Shown here in pieces: positions 11,153 to 23,479 of a stretch of 64,000 bases of DNA. Source of the stretch: Octopus sinensis (Eukaryota); contig NC_043007.1 of assembly GCF_006345805.1 (NCBI RefSeq), positions 1,612,001-1,676,000 on the forward strand. Direction: 5' to 3'. The translations under genes were made by a program, and so were the position numbers. The notes below the pieces were generated by a model. It saw nothing but the letters and a program-made list of their open reading frames with translations, made no database searches and was not told the origin of the DNA. Position 1 is the stretch's first letter. Each line of letters begins with the position of its first letter.

Positions 11153-11367
11153 ACCTATTTCTTTACTACCCACAAGGACAAACAAGGAAAGACAAACAGA
11201 TTAAGTCGATTATATCGACCCCTGTGTGTAACTGGTTCTTAGTTTATCGATCTCGAAAGGATGAAAGGCAAATTCGACCTCAGCGGAATTTGAACTCAGA
11301 ATGTAACGGCAGACGAAATACTGCTACGCATTTCACCCAGCGTGCTAACGTTTCTGCCAGCTCGCCG
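11153..11367 (-). mobile_element. SINE family N
   Basis: Family motifs gaaaggatgaaaggcaaa and ctgccagctcgcc. Confidence 0.8.
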
Positions 11368-11377
11368 GTGGCACGTA

Positions 11378-11647
11378 GGGTCTCATGGAGGAAATGACGA
11401 AGACTTAAACTTCTGAGATATGCTGTGACTGTGAAGACCTTACAAATGAAGTGAGTTCATGGCTTGCAGGACGGCCTGCTGTGCTAACCTTGGATTGTAG
11501 AGTGACCTGCTGTTCTTGAGGAGACCTATTGAGTCAAGTATGTTAACACCAACATCAAAATAAAAATCAAATTGAAATTGTAGTTAAGATACCCATGCCA
11601 GTGACACGTAAAAAGCACTGTCTGAACGTGGCAGATGCCAGATGCCA
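11378..11647 (+). mobile_element. RTE-like ORF end / 3'UTR fragment
   Basis: gggtctcatggaggaaatgacgaagac...gatatgctgtg resembles the RTE C-terminus at 49.9 kb; continues after a SINE insertion. Confidence 0.55.
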
Positions 11648-11883
11648 GGTGGCGAGCTGACAGAAACATTAGCATGTCGGGCGAAATGCTTAGCGGTATT
11701 TCATCTGCTGTTACGTTCTGAGTTCAAATTCCGCCGAGGTCGACTTTGCCTTTCATCCTTTCGGGGTCGATAAATTAAGTACCAGTTACGTACTGGGGTC
11801 TATGTAATCAACGTAATACCTATGTCTGTCTTTGTTTGTCCCCTCTATGTTTAGCCCCTTGTGGATAATAAAAAAATAGGTAT
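11648..11883 (+). mobile_element. SINE family N nested in an RTE 3'UTR
   Basis: ggtggcgagctgacagaaac...gcctttcatcctttcggggtcgataaattaagtaccag...aaaataggta. Confidence 0.85.
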
Positions 11884-12141
11884 CTGTGTCAGTGATACAT
11901 AAAAGCACCAACCGATTGTGGCCGTTTGCCAGCCTCCTCTGGCCCCTGTGCCGGTGGCATGTAAAAAGCACCCACTACACTCACGGAGTGGTTGGCGTTA
12001 GGAAGGGCATCCAGCTGTAGAAACACTGCCAGATGAGACTGTAGCCTGGTGCAGCCTTCTGGCTTCCCAGACCCCGGTCGAACCATCCGACCCATGCCAG
12101 CATGGAAAACGGATGTTAAACGATGATGATGATGATGATGA
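11884..12141 (+). mobile_element. RTE-like LINE 3' end
   Basis: ggcgttaggaagggcatccagctgtagaaa...ggatgttaaacgatgatgat. Confidence 0.75.
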
Positions 12142-12699
12142 CTGTGTATTGAAACTGCAGCAAACACATCGAAGAAGGGCAGTCTCAGCCAACTAAAAAT
12201 ACTCAAAACCTGTGAAATTCTCTTAAATATTTAATGAGGTGTCAATGTTTTTAATGAAAGTTTTGCCACCTCGAGAAATGGAAAGTGTATTTAACAGTTT
12301 TGGCTAAAAGAACTTCTCCCACAATATAATTAGTATTTTGCAGGGTTTTTAATTTAAATATGGATATTTCAAAATGAATGGCTTTTTTTCTGTTTTAACA
12401 AAGAGCTGGCTGTAGTGTCAACTGGGTTGGTCCCTAAAGGGTTGTTATCTTGTTTCTGTGAATATTTTAGTTCAATTAATACATTTTCTCAATCATCTTC
12501 AAATGTCAGGTATGTATGTACATGTGTGTGTGTGTGTGTGCTTCTGTATGTATGTATGTTTGTCTGTCTGTCTTTTGAGGCTTACATTAGATTTGCAAAC
12601 TTTTTGGCATACATTGCATTTAAAGTATGTTATTAGTGCTTGTTTTTTTTTTTTTTAATTAACCTTTGATGGATGGAATACAATATTGAGATATAGGTA

Positions 12700-13078
12700 G
12701 ATGCGTAACTGAGGGACAAGAATTCTGCTTTCCAACCACATGGGAGCTTTGTCCAATGTCTGCTACCCTGGTCCCAAGCTGACCAAAGCATTGTCAATAG
12801 ATGTGATATACATGCAGGTAGGTGTGCATGTGTGTATGTGTGCGCACGTGTGTGTGTGCACGTGTGTATGTGTGTTACTGTCTCTTTTCCTTAACATTGT
12901 GCGATAGTATTTATCAAGTGTGGCTGCCATCCTGCATTTCCAGTCTTCCGAAGCATGTCTGGAAATATTACTTTACTTAGAATCTGGTGACCATTGAAGA
13001 AAGCAAAGGTGTTTGACCATGGAAATTCTGTCCAACTCATTTGAAGTTGGAAAAGTGTATGCTAAACGATGATGATGG
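12700..13078 (+). mobile_element. Degenerate SINE (M-like head, alternative tail)
   Basis: tccaaccacatgg...gaccaaagcattg...gtgtgttactgtctc...gctaaacgatgatgat; similar tail at 5585-5760. Confidence 0.45.
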
Positions 13079-13369
13079 TGTAAGGGCAGAAGCCTATAAG
13101 TCTTTAGGTCAGTCGGAGAATTATTATTTTCAAATGTGGCCTGGAATGAAAATTGTTTATTTAGGAAGTATGGAATAAGTTCCGTAATTGATAAGAAATG
13201 TTATTATAAGTGAGCCACTGTTCTTCTCTGAAATCTGCCATTCTGTCATTCATTTCAAATAGTTGCTCAGTTCAGATGGAACGGAAATGGTATTGACAGA
13301 AAAAACATCAAAGAAATTATGTCAACAGATTGTAAACCGCCCCCCCCCCGACTCCCACCTCTTGCAAGC

Positions 13370-13412
13370 TCTCTCTCTCTCTCTCTTTCTCCCTCTCTCA
13401 CTGGGTCTCCCC

Positions 13413-13444
<32 letters not shown>

Positions 13445-13800
13445 AACACACACTGGTATGTCTCTGTGTATATATTGTGTTTGTGTATGTGTTTATATGT
13501 TTGTGCATATGTGTGTATAAATTTGTTTGAATACACACACACACGTATGTATGTATATGTATATATAATGTATGTATGTATGTATTTGTATATGTAATTC
13601 ATGCATGTGTGTATGTATATATTTGTATATGCTATGTATGTGTGTATGTATGTATGTATATATGTATGTATGTATTTGTATGTTATGTATGTATGTATTT
13701 GTATATGTAATGTATGTATGCATGTATGTGTACATATGTATGTATATTTGTACATTTATGGAGAAAAGGAGATGGAGACCATTCAATGCATTCATACATA
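13370..13800. repeat. Compound (CT)n/(CA)n/(TATG)n microsatellite
   Basis: Directly visible. Confidence 0.9.
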
Positions 13801-14098
13801 CCTACATCTACATATAGTATATCCACTTTGTATATTCGAGAGTCACATTGGCATTTTTTTGATGACAAGGAAACAACTACACTGGAAGTTGAAAATATAA
13901 AAGAAAAGTTTAAATCTACTTATTCTGTAATCCTAATCTTTGTTCACAGTTCCTGAACTTTTATTTACATTTGCTTTGTACAGATATATAATTCCCATTT
14001 AAGGCATCTGATTTTCAGCTGTCAACCAGCATTAAGAAAAGGTTATTCATGTGCCACAGACATAGTCACGCCATAAAACATTTCTTCTGTCACCTTAA

Positions 14099-14229
14099 CC
14101 CTTTCTTGTTGCTGCATTTATTTTGAGATGCTCTGTGTTTCTTTCAATTAATTTTAAATATAACAAAAAATTTAGTAAAATAACTTAGTTATCATTAACT
14201 AGGTTTCAGCCGGGTTGGTATCAAAAGAG
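14099..14229 (+). mobile_element. piggyBac-like MITE, internally deleted
   Basis: TTAA|CCCTTTC...caaaagag|TTAA; internal sequence shared with the next two copies. Confidence 0.75.
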
Positions 14230-14378
14230 TTAAGCACACCTCTACATTTGGGCAGATGCACATTAAAAACAGTTGGAAGGGTGTGGATTAAAGGAAATTT
14301 AGGCTATTATTTCTAGCATATAGAGTGACCACACTGATGTCTCCTCTTATGTCTTCTGCTGATTATTTTTCTTCTTAA

Positions 14379-14601
14379 CCCTTTCATTTCCAATATTTCT
14401 TTTGAGATATTCTGTGTTTCTTTCAATGAATTTTAAATATAACAAAGAATTTAATAAAATAACTTAGTTGTCATTAAGCTAGTGTTAGGAACATAAATTG
14501 TGACTAAGGTTTCGTGGAAGATTTTAATTCAAAACTTGTGAAAACGAAACATTTGTGCTACAGAGCTAGAGCTGGTTTCAGCCGGGTTGGTATCACAAGG
14601 G
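14379..14601 (+). mobile_element. piggyBac-like MITE
   Basis: TTAA(14375)|CCCTTTC...cacaaGGG|TTAA(14602). Confidence 0.8.
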
Positions 14602-14605
14602 TTAA

Positions 14606-14825
14606 CCCTTTCGTTACCGTATTTCTGTTAGATGCTCTGTGTTTCTTTCAATGAATTTTAAATATAACAAAGAATTTAATAAAATAACTTAGTTGTCATT
14701 AAGCTAGTGTTAGGAACATAAATTGTGACTAAGGTTTCGTGGAAGATTTTAATTCAAAACTTATGAAAACAAGACACTTATACTCAGAGCCAGAGGTGGT
14801 TTCCGCCAGGTTGGTAATGAAAGGT
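14606..14825 (+). mobile_element. piggyBac-like MITE, tandem with the previous copy
   Basis: Shares TTAA 14602-14605; ccctttcgttacc...ggtaatgaaaggt|TTAA. Confidence 0.8.
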
Positions 14826-15088
14826 TTAAAATAGTTATCAGAAATAAATAAAGGCCATAAGCAGCACAATAACAGAAAAACAGTTCCACACAGTCTTCGT
14901 TGAAAAGCAGTTGCTCATAAAAGTTTATATTTTATTAAAATTCATCATTTATCTTTGTGTTTGCATCTGGTTTGCAAGAATCTTTATGTGAATTCATATG
15001 TTGAAGCAAACTATATTGTGCCTGCAGAGAGTCATATTGTCATAATGCCTTACTATCTAACACACACACTGGTTTGATTTCCACTCAC

Positions 15089-15460
15089 TTATTACCTCTG
15101 CCTTAGCGAAGGCAGAGGTATTGTTTTTTGTTGTGTTTGTTTGTTTGTTTGTCTGTGGACAAGAAATCTCAAGAACCGCTGGATGGATTCATATGAAACG
15201 TTCAGGGATGTTTGGCCTCATGACTGGCATGAACTGATTAGATTTTGGAATTGATCTGGTACCGGACAAGCGTCCTGGATTATTTTTCTGTTTTTCTACT
15301 TAATTTTTGAGAGCGGTCAGGTTCATTTTTAGTATTCTCATTTGTGAGAGCAGTCAAGATAATTTCAGATATTCTCATTTTAAAAATCATCTCTGGCTAA
15401 TCGTTGAGAGGACGTTGGTGTTGCCTTGGCAGAGGTTTGCACTCTCTGAGTGCTCTTGTT
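15089..15460 (+). mobile_element. Helentron-type non-autonomous element (HINE/DINE-1-like)
   Basis: 5' hairpin acctctgcctt-agcg-aaggcagaggt, (GTTT)n, 3' subTIR ggcagaggt followed by hairpin gcactc-tct-gagtgc, T-rich ends. Confidence 0.75.
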
Positions 15461-15493
15461 ATTTATAATTTTTCATCCAAAATTTTCATTACT

Positions 15494-15883
15494 AGGCATA
15501 GGAATGGCTGTGTGGTAAGTAGCTTGGTTCCGGGTTCAGTCCCACTGTGTGGCATCTTGGGCAAGTGTCTTCTACTATAGCCTCAGGCCAACCAAAGCCT
15601 TGCGAGTGGATTTGGTAGACAGAAACTGAAAGAAGCCTGACGTATGTGTGTGTATATATGTGTGTGTGTGTGTGTGTGTGTTTGTGTTTGTCACCCCAAC
15701 ATTGCTTGACAACTGATGCTGGTGTGTTTACGTCCCCGTAACTTAGCGATTCGTCAAAAGAGACCAATAGAATAAGTACTAGGCTTATAAAGAATAATTC
15801 CTGGGGTTGGTTTGCTCAACTAAAAGCGGTGCTCCAGCATGGCCACAGTCACATGACTGAAACAAGTAAAAAGAGTAAAAGAG
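15494..15883 (+). mobile_element. SINE family M
   Basis: Full head-central-tail structure ending aaacaagtaaaaagagtaaaagag. Confidence 0.85.
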
Positions 15884-16029
15884 AGTATCCATTGATAAGG
15901 TTGCAAAAGCAACAAAAATTTTGGAAGAAAAAACATAAGAAATAAATGAGTGGAAATTGAACCAGTGAGTGTGTTAGCTAATAAGGCATTAAGACAATAT
16001 GACCCTCCCCAGACACAACATCATTTATC

Positions 16030-16445
16030 TCTTTGCTGCCAAACCCAACCGAAACAGTTCTACGACACAAACTTCCTCTTTTAAAGTGACTTAAATTAAA
16101 ACTTTCCATCAAAATTTTACTTTAATTTCTATTTCAAACACCAGCTTAATAATGACAAAGATATTTGTTTTCTAAATTCTTCATTATTTTCAAAACCAAT
16201 TAAAACAGTCGCAGCGTTGTTGACGTCATAAGAATCTATAAACTTGAAAAGTGTGAAATAATTCTCTCTCGGAATGGTAAATCTCAAGCTGTTAGCATTG
16301 AGTCGAGCAGTCTTTGACTTTTCCTATCTAAAGGACTTTTTTTACCTTATTTTTAGACATTATTATTTATTGCTTTGTTTTGGGATTCACTATTCTGAAA
16401 GAAAACAGCTGTGTATTTCCACAGAAATATGGTAGCAAAAGACCC
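16030..16445 (-). mobile_element. piggyBac-like MITE (diverged, apparently interrupted)
   Basis: Similar to 10631-10857; end motif acagaaatatggtagcaaaag at about 16420. Confidence 0.4.
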
Positions 16446-16601
16446 TGAACATCTTGAATATTGTTGAAAGCCACTTGAAGCTATGTTTACAAGAACTATG
16501 AACACGTAGAGTGGCTCCTTAAATTTAATCAAATAATTAGAGTATATCTAATTATTTAACATTAATATTTCCATGTCTAAAATCTACAGCAACATCAAGC
16601 A

Positions 16602-16965
16602 GAGGCACAATGGCCCAGTGGTTAGGGCAGCGGACTCGCGGTCGGAGGATCGCGGTTTTGATTCCCAGACCGGGCGTTGTGTGTGTTTATTGAGTGAAAA
16701 CCCCACACCTAAAAAGCTCCACGAGGCTCCGGCAGAGGGTGGTGGCAACCCCTGTTGAACTCTTCTGCTCCAACTTTCTCTCACTCTTTCTTCCTGTTTC
16801 TTGTCCCCAACTTCCTATGCAACTGCTGAGCCTGGATGCGCATTCATCCATCCGCCGATGCTCTCGGTGTCGGGGGTTGACCTGCTTTCTCTTCTGCGGG
16901 TCTTACGAATAGCAAAGGACCACGTTTCGGACTTCTCCCATCTTGCAAGCTCTGGGACAAAGACC
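16602..16965 (+). mobile_element. tRNA-derived SINE family O (probably an octopus OR-type SINE)
   Basis: A box TGGCCCAGTGG (16611), B box GGTTTTGATTCC (16654); second copy at 36777-37127. Confidence 0.85.
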
Positions 16966-18124
16966 GTTCGCTCAACAGCAACAGCATCAAATATTCTGAA
17001 GTTATTTTCCCTGTAAGAGTTAGTCTTGTGGGTCACTTGACAGTCTTTCCCTCTTTAAATCATACTTGGTATGATTCCCTTTTGAGGTATTATTTTACCA
17101 TTTGATATTTAGATGCTCTTTCTGCCACCAATTCTTTTAGTCCCCTCGTATGACACTCAGGAATATTGTGCACCTTTTCTAAATCCAGGGTACCTGTAGT
17201 AATGTTTGAAACATGTAAAATTATGTTCATTTTGGTTTTGTCTAATAATGGCAAAATATTTATACAGAACAGGATTTCATTTCATCCTGTTTTATTTTGT
17301 ATCCAAACACCGATAGGGGATTTATTTTATAAACAGTACCTGTAATATAATACTGTTGGTGTAATGGCAAGATTTTTCACTGACAGCTGAGAGAAGTCAC
17401 CATAGCGGTGCTTTTTGGTAATCGGAAATATGTTGGGGGCTACTGGGGGAATCCACATGCAGTCAAAAATGAGATACATGATTCCGGATTTAGTGAGGGA
17501 CAAAGATTGTTGCTATGAAGATTCACTTCTTAATTTGGAGGTTCAAATATTCTTCATATCATTCTGAGTTTCTCAGACAAGTCTTTTATAGACCTTGATG
17601 TTCATTAAAAGAGATATAAATTTTGTATATATTGTTTAGCCCCGGGTCTTTTCCAATTGTGGACTAGATTAAAGACATTTCAAATGTGATCGTTATCTTT
17701 TATTGAAATATGGTTTATCTAGATCCGCATCACCCAGAAAGTTTTCTTTTTTTTTTTTGAGACAGCAAAAGTGTGATTTTGAGAGAAATTTGGTTGTTTT
17801 CTCTCCTTTCTTGACTTAAATCTCAAATGTTTTTCAAAATACTTAATTAATTTTATATGAACCTTTGAAAGTACTAATTACACTTGTTGGTTGAATCTAC
17901 AGAATACATGTGTGTGTGTGTGTGTGTTTGACTATGTAGTAATGTGTATCATTTCTACATCATTGATTTAGGAACACAATTTATTGAACACAATTTATTT
18001 TTTTTTGGAAAGAAAAGTGTTAAAAAGAAAAATAAATTCAGAAAAGGCTAATGCCTTTGGATAAATTCCAAAGTTTCAAGGCTTAGATTTAAAACTTTTT
18101 CACATGTAAAGCCATTCTGCTAAG

Positions 18125-18548
18125 TTGTTGTTGTTGTCGTCATCGTCGTCATTGTTGTCTCATCATCATCATCGTCTTCATCATCATCATCTTCATCTTC
18201 ACCATCATCTTCATCATCTTCATCGTCATCATCATCATCTTCATCATCTTCATCATCATCATCATCATCTTCTTCATCATCATCATCATCATCATCTTCA
18301 TCATCATCACCATCATCATCTTCATCATCATCACCATCATCATCATCTTCATCATTATTTTCATCAGCATCATCATCTTCATTATTTTCATCAGCATCAT
18401 CATCTTCATCTTCATCATCATCATCGTCATCATCATCACCCTCATCATCATCATCATCTTCATCATTATTTTCATCATCATCATCATCATCATCATCATC
18501 TTCATCATTATTTTCATCAGCATCATCATCAGCATCATCATCATTATT
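18125..18548. repeat. (CAT)n/(CTT) compound trinucleotide array with higher-order units
   Basis: Repeated block catcatcatcttcatcattattttcatcagcat. Confidence 0.95.
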
Positions 18549-19481
18549 AATAATGTTTGACAGAAGTTAGGTTTGTAATTAGAGAAGCTGTAAACTCTGT
18601 ATCTTCAAATGGGGTTCCTTTTCTTATTGAAGTAATTGGTAGGCTTTTATTGAAGACTTACTCAAAGTAAGGGAGATTAGTGTAACAAATAACCAATCAG
18701 AAAGAAGAGAAAATGCAATGCCATACAGAAGATACAATTGTATTGTCATTGCATTTATATTCGTCATGATAATCAGATAATTTAATCGTTATTAATTTGA
18801 ATGCATTTTGAAAGTAACTTTACAAAGATAGCCAAAAAGAACAAAAAACGAGAAAAAGTATCTGCGCAATATTTTTTTTTCAAATTTATTGTAAAATAAA
18901 ATTTATTTTTTATTTACTTAATTTAATTTAATTTTTTTTTATTTTGTTTGTTTGTTAGTTAAGGGCCTTTTATGCTGAATTGTGATTCGTTTGAGTGAAT
19001 ACAAACAGCAATATTTGTTGGAAGTTTTCATATCTTTCATATCTCTTTTTTTCTTTTGTGAACAGGCACAAGGCCAAATTTCTATCATTGGGGTGTGTTA
19101 CAGTTTTGTGTATAAATCGAATCAATTCCTCTATATTGCCAATAATGTTTTTATTGAATCTGCCGGAGATAAAAGGCATAAAATCGAAGCCCGTACAATT
19201 GAAATGTCGAACATTGAGTAAATATAAGATGTAAGAGCACCTTGTTCAGCACTTCACGGTTTCACGTGTACTCCCTGAGCTAGACATCACATCATTAAAC
19301 AAAGTAAATAAAGAGACAAATAAAATAAAATAATCAGCTGTGGGTGCTATTTAGCCCAAGGTCATCCTTGAATGAGCACAAGTGGAGCTATGACTGAAGG
19401 TGTTTCAGATCTGACTGACCTTTTTGTTTGTGTTTCTTTTCTTCTCAAGTGTGATATATCCAAAACCACATTACGGAAGAT

Positions 19482-19887
19482 TTACTCTTTCACTTGTTGT
19501 GCTCATTGGACCGTGGCAATGCTGGGCCACAACCATGAAGGGTTTAGTCGAGCCATTAAGGGCTCCAATAATCGGTATTTTCCCTTTTAAGTCTGCTGTT
19601 GATTCTAGTAATTCCTTTTGCCAAGATGCTAATTTACAGAGTGGCATAGAGAAACTAACACAAGTTTGCAAGCTGTGGCACGGGTACAAACACAAAGACA
19701 CATGCAGGTACACCACTCCCCGCATAATGGGATTCCACTTAGTTTCCATCAACCAGAATCGTTCACAAGGTATTGGTTGGCCCAGGGTTATAGCAAAAGA
19801 CATTGGGCTTGGATGTCATACAATGGGATAGAACCTGAAGCCATGTGGTTGCAAAGTGGACTTCTAACCAAAACACAGCTATGTCTA
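19482..19887 (-). mobile_element. SINE family M (diverged)
   Basis: Family motifs on the minus strand. Confidence 0.65.
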
Positions 19888-19942
19888 CTTAAGTCTTCAT
19901 TTTGTTTTTTTCTTTAATACAAAACAAAAAACAAAAAAAAAA

Positions 19943-20330
19943 CAGGAGTGGCTGTGTGGTAAGTAGCTTGCTTACCAACCACATGGTTCAGGGTTCAATC
20001 CCACTGCATGGCACCTTGGCCAAGTGTCTTCTACTATAGCCTTGGGCTGATGAAAGCCTGGTGAGTGGATTTGGTAGATGGAAACTGAAGGAAGCCCATC
20101 ATATATATGTATATATGTGTGTATGCATTTGTATATGTTAGTGTGTCTGTGTTTGTCCCTCATCATCGCTTGACAACCGACGTTGATGTATTTACGTCCC
20201 CACAACTTTGCAGTTCGGCAAAATAGACCGATAGGCTTGCAAAGAATAAGTCCTGGGGTCTATTTGTTCGACTAAAGGTGGCACTCCAGCATGGCTGCAG
20301 TCAAATGACTCTGAAACAAATACAAGAATA
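19943..20330 (+). mobile_element. SINE family M
   Basis: acaggagtggctgtgtggtaagtagcttgc...ccagcatggctgcagtcaaatgact. Confidence 0.85.
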
Positions 20331-20440
20331 GTAGGATGCAATTTGAGAAAAGCTTGGCTGCTATGTCTAGCAGGTCTACCAATTGCTTAGATATTTCCTC
20401 ACTGGCTCAAAATGGTTAGGAAAGAAATTTCCCCAGAAAA

Positions 20441-20831
20441 TCTATATATATAAAACTGAAGTTGTCTGTGTGTGGCAGGTTTGGTAGCCTTCAATTAACA
20501 CTATCTCCTCCAAGACCCTGTGGCGCAAGTTGACCAAAATTGAGAGTATGATAGAAGAAGGCTTGCTCTTCCTTCCATAGGAGAAAAAATTCAAATCGGA
20601 CCATGTTAACACTAAAAATTATTTACATCAAAAAGGTGCTCTTTTTCTATGAAAATCCCTATTTTTTACGATTTTTTTTACTGCTGCGTCGCCATTTTTC
20701 GGTGAATTTCAACCAGAAAAATGTTCACTTAAAGAGAATAACAAGCTACATAATGCAAAATTTTTACTTTTCAAAAATTCCAATTCTAAAGGGTCGAAAC
20801 AAACCCGAACAACGCCGGGCGATACTGCTAG
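20441..20831 (+). mobile_element. Non-autonomous Helitron, full length (391 bp)
   Basis: A|TCtatatatataaaactg...cccgaacaacgccgggcgatactgCTAG|T: 5' TC, 3' CTAG, subterminal GC-rich hairpin, A^T target, no TSD. Confidence 0.85.
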
Positions 20832-21169
20832 TATGGAATAAAATTAACTTTATTCTGCTCATTACCTATTCAATAAGTAAAATTTTATTATCTCCTCAAT
20901 TATTTTCAAGCTTTATATTACATTGCAATAGTTTTTTTTATAGATGTTGGTTGTTTGTTGCCAACCAAATAGCTTTTTGAATCAATGGAAATATATTCAG
21001 CTGTAGAAGATAAGAGGCTGTTAGTTACCTGTTCAAATAAAAATTATTATTGGTAAAATTTGTTTCACTGGGCATCAATAGGAAGAACATGCTTTCTACT
21101 CCCTTTTATTGATTTTATTGATAAATAAATAATATCTTGTTTGTATGGCCATGTTTTTGTGCATGTATA

Positions 21170-21313
21170 CAAGTTGTGTGTGAGCGTCTCTCCCGCTCTC
21201 TCTCTCTGTATATGTGTGTGTGTGTGTGTATACAATGTATACAAGTACATACATAAGTATATATGTATATATATATTGGGAAAAGGTGCATTTATGTATT
21301 TGCATATGTGTAT

Positions 21314-21348
<35 letters not shown>

Positions 21349-21498
21349 CACTCACATGTGCAGTTGTATGTATCTGCATGTGTATGTGTGTGTGTATATA
21401 TATACAATGTATACAAGAATGTACATAAGTATATATATATATGTTGGCAAAAGGTGAATATGTATATTTGCATATGTGCATACACACAAATACACACA

Positions 21499-21577
<79 letters not shown>

Positions 21578-21650
21578 TCATACATGTGCAGTTATATACA
21601 GCCCCACATGTATGAATACAAGTATGTGCAAACATACACACACACACAGA
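21170..21650. repeat. Compound dinucleotide microsatellite with an approximately 175-bp internal duplication
   Basis: tacaatgtatacaag...aaaaggtg...ttgcatatgtg...catgtgcagtt occurs twice. Confidence 0.8.
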
Positions 21651-21924
21651 CACAATTTTACCTTGGGAAGGTCAGTTAGCTAATATTAGTGTATGTGTGT
21701 GTGTGTGTGCATGTTGATGAAGAAAGAGGGGGAGGGAGAGGAAGAGGTGAGGAGAGATGTATTGATATTCCAACTGCATATATTTGCTTACGCATACAAA
21801 CTTACATCCACGATTGCGTTTGTGTATGTTAACAAATGCATACGTAATTAGTTATACAATGAACGCATTCTTCCAGTGAATGAATGCTAATTATGTAGAT
21901 ACATAAATACGTATAACCCTATCT

Positions 21925-22665
21925 GCCTGTCTGCCTGCCTGTCTGCCTGCCTGTCTGTCTGTCTAGCTATCTATCTGTATGCATATGTGTGTGTATGTAA
22001 GTATATGTATGGATGTGTGTTTCTGTGTGTGTGTATGAATGTATGTGTATGTATATATGTATGTGTATATATATGCATGCATGTGTGTGTATGTGTGAAT
22101 GTGTATGTATATATGTATATATGTATGTGTATATGTATGCATGCATGTGTGTTTGTGCGTGAATGTGTATGTATATATGTATATATGTATGTGTATATAT
22201 ATGCATGCATGTGTGTGTTGTGTGAATGTGTATGTATATATGTATATATGTATGTGTATATGTATGCATGCCTGTGTGTGTTAATGTGTATGTATATATG
22301 TATGTCTGTATGTCTGTATGTATGCATGTGTATGTGAATGTGTATGTGTATATGTATGCATGCATGTGTGTGTGTGAATGCGTGCGTATATATATATGTG
22401 TATATGTAGCCATGCATGTATGTGTGAATGTGTATGTATATATGTATATATGTATGTGTATATGTATGTATGCATGTGTGTGTGAATGTGTATGTATATA
22501 TGTATGTGTATATGTATGTATGCATGTGTATGTGTGTGAATGTGTATATATATGTATGTTTATATGTATGCATGCATGTGTGTGTGAATGGGTATGTATA
22601 TATATATGTGTACATGTATGCATGCATGTGTGTGTTTGTATGTGTGTATGTGCATATGTATGTGT
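21925..22665. repeat. Long cryptic (TG/TA/CATG) microsatellite
   Basis: Directly visible; source of the 244- and 343-aa pseudo-ORFs. Confidence 0.95.
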
Positions 22666-22699
22666 GTCTCCTTGGAGTGGTACCTCTGTCCCTTTCTGC

Positions 22700-22922
22700 A
22701 AGTTGCATTACAGCCTTGCTAGTTCTGGTGGCACCAGAAAAGGCACCCAGCTCACTCTGTAAAGGGGTCGGCCTTAGCAAGGGCGTCCAACCATGGAAAC
22801 AATGCCATAGATTCCATTGGAGCACAACGCATCCTTTCAGCTCCTTAATTTTTGTCAAGCCGTCCAACCCATGCCAGCATGGAAAGCAGACATTATATGA
22901 CAACGACAACAATGATAATGAT
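22700..22922 (+). mobile_element. RTE-like 3' end (diverged)
   Basis: gtggcaccagaaaaggcacc...ccaacccatgccagcatggaaagcagacatt. Confidence 0.6.
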
Positions 22923-22926
22923 ATGC

Positions 22927-22978
<52 letters not shown>

Positions 22979-23479
22979 GCATACACACACACACACACAC
23001 ACTCACACATGCACACACATTAAATTTCATTAGTTATTTATTTCCATTATCTCCTTGAGCGGAGTGAGGCTTACTATATCTGTTTCTTCTCGTTAATTAA
23101 ATCCATTGTATTCTTTTGTTTACCTCAGTACTTAATCTAATTAAATTTAATCATGTTCCAACTACGATATTTATTCTGTTTACATTTATAAGCAAGTCTG
23201 TTTTAAAAATGCCGAACCTCAGGTATGGAACCTAATTAAAGGTGTAGTAATGACATCACATTTGGTGAGAAATTGAATAAAGAAAATTTGATAGTGAAAG
23301 TCTGAAATATTTGATTGAGACGTTTGATAAAAATTAATTTGGTTCATAGTTCATCGTTTGTTTCAGATCAGATAAAGAAGAAAGGTAGAATCTAAATTGA
23401 AGCATTTGTAGATTGTAGATTATTTTTAAGCATTTGCAGCATGGCTTCTCCTGCTGCCGAGAGGTGAGAGACAAATATG

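Noticed and set aside
16221-16228. TGACGTCA (CRE) site
   Set aside because: Isolated 8-mer lying within or next to a MITE remnant; no promoter evidence.
16602-16680. tRNA gene-like sequences (also 5483-5551, 44620-44690, 63612-63680)
   Set aside because: A/B boxes are present but there is no acceptor stem, and each continues into a SINE body; they are SINE heads, not tRNAs.
21967-23033. Long ORFs of 244 and 343 aa (HT/YI/CV-rich)
   Set aside because: Translations of dinucleotide microsatellite plus an RTE UTR; no protein signal. The same applies to the similar ORFs at 0.9-1.3, 13.4-13.9, 21.1-21.7, 53.0-53.7 and 57.1-57.6 kb.
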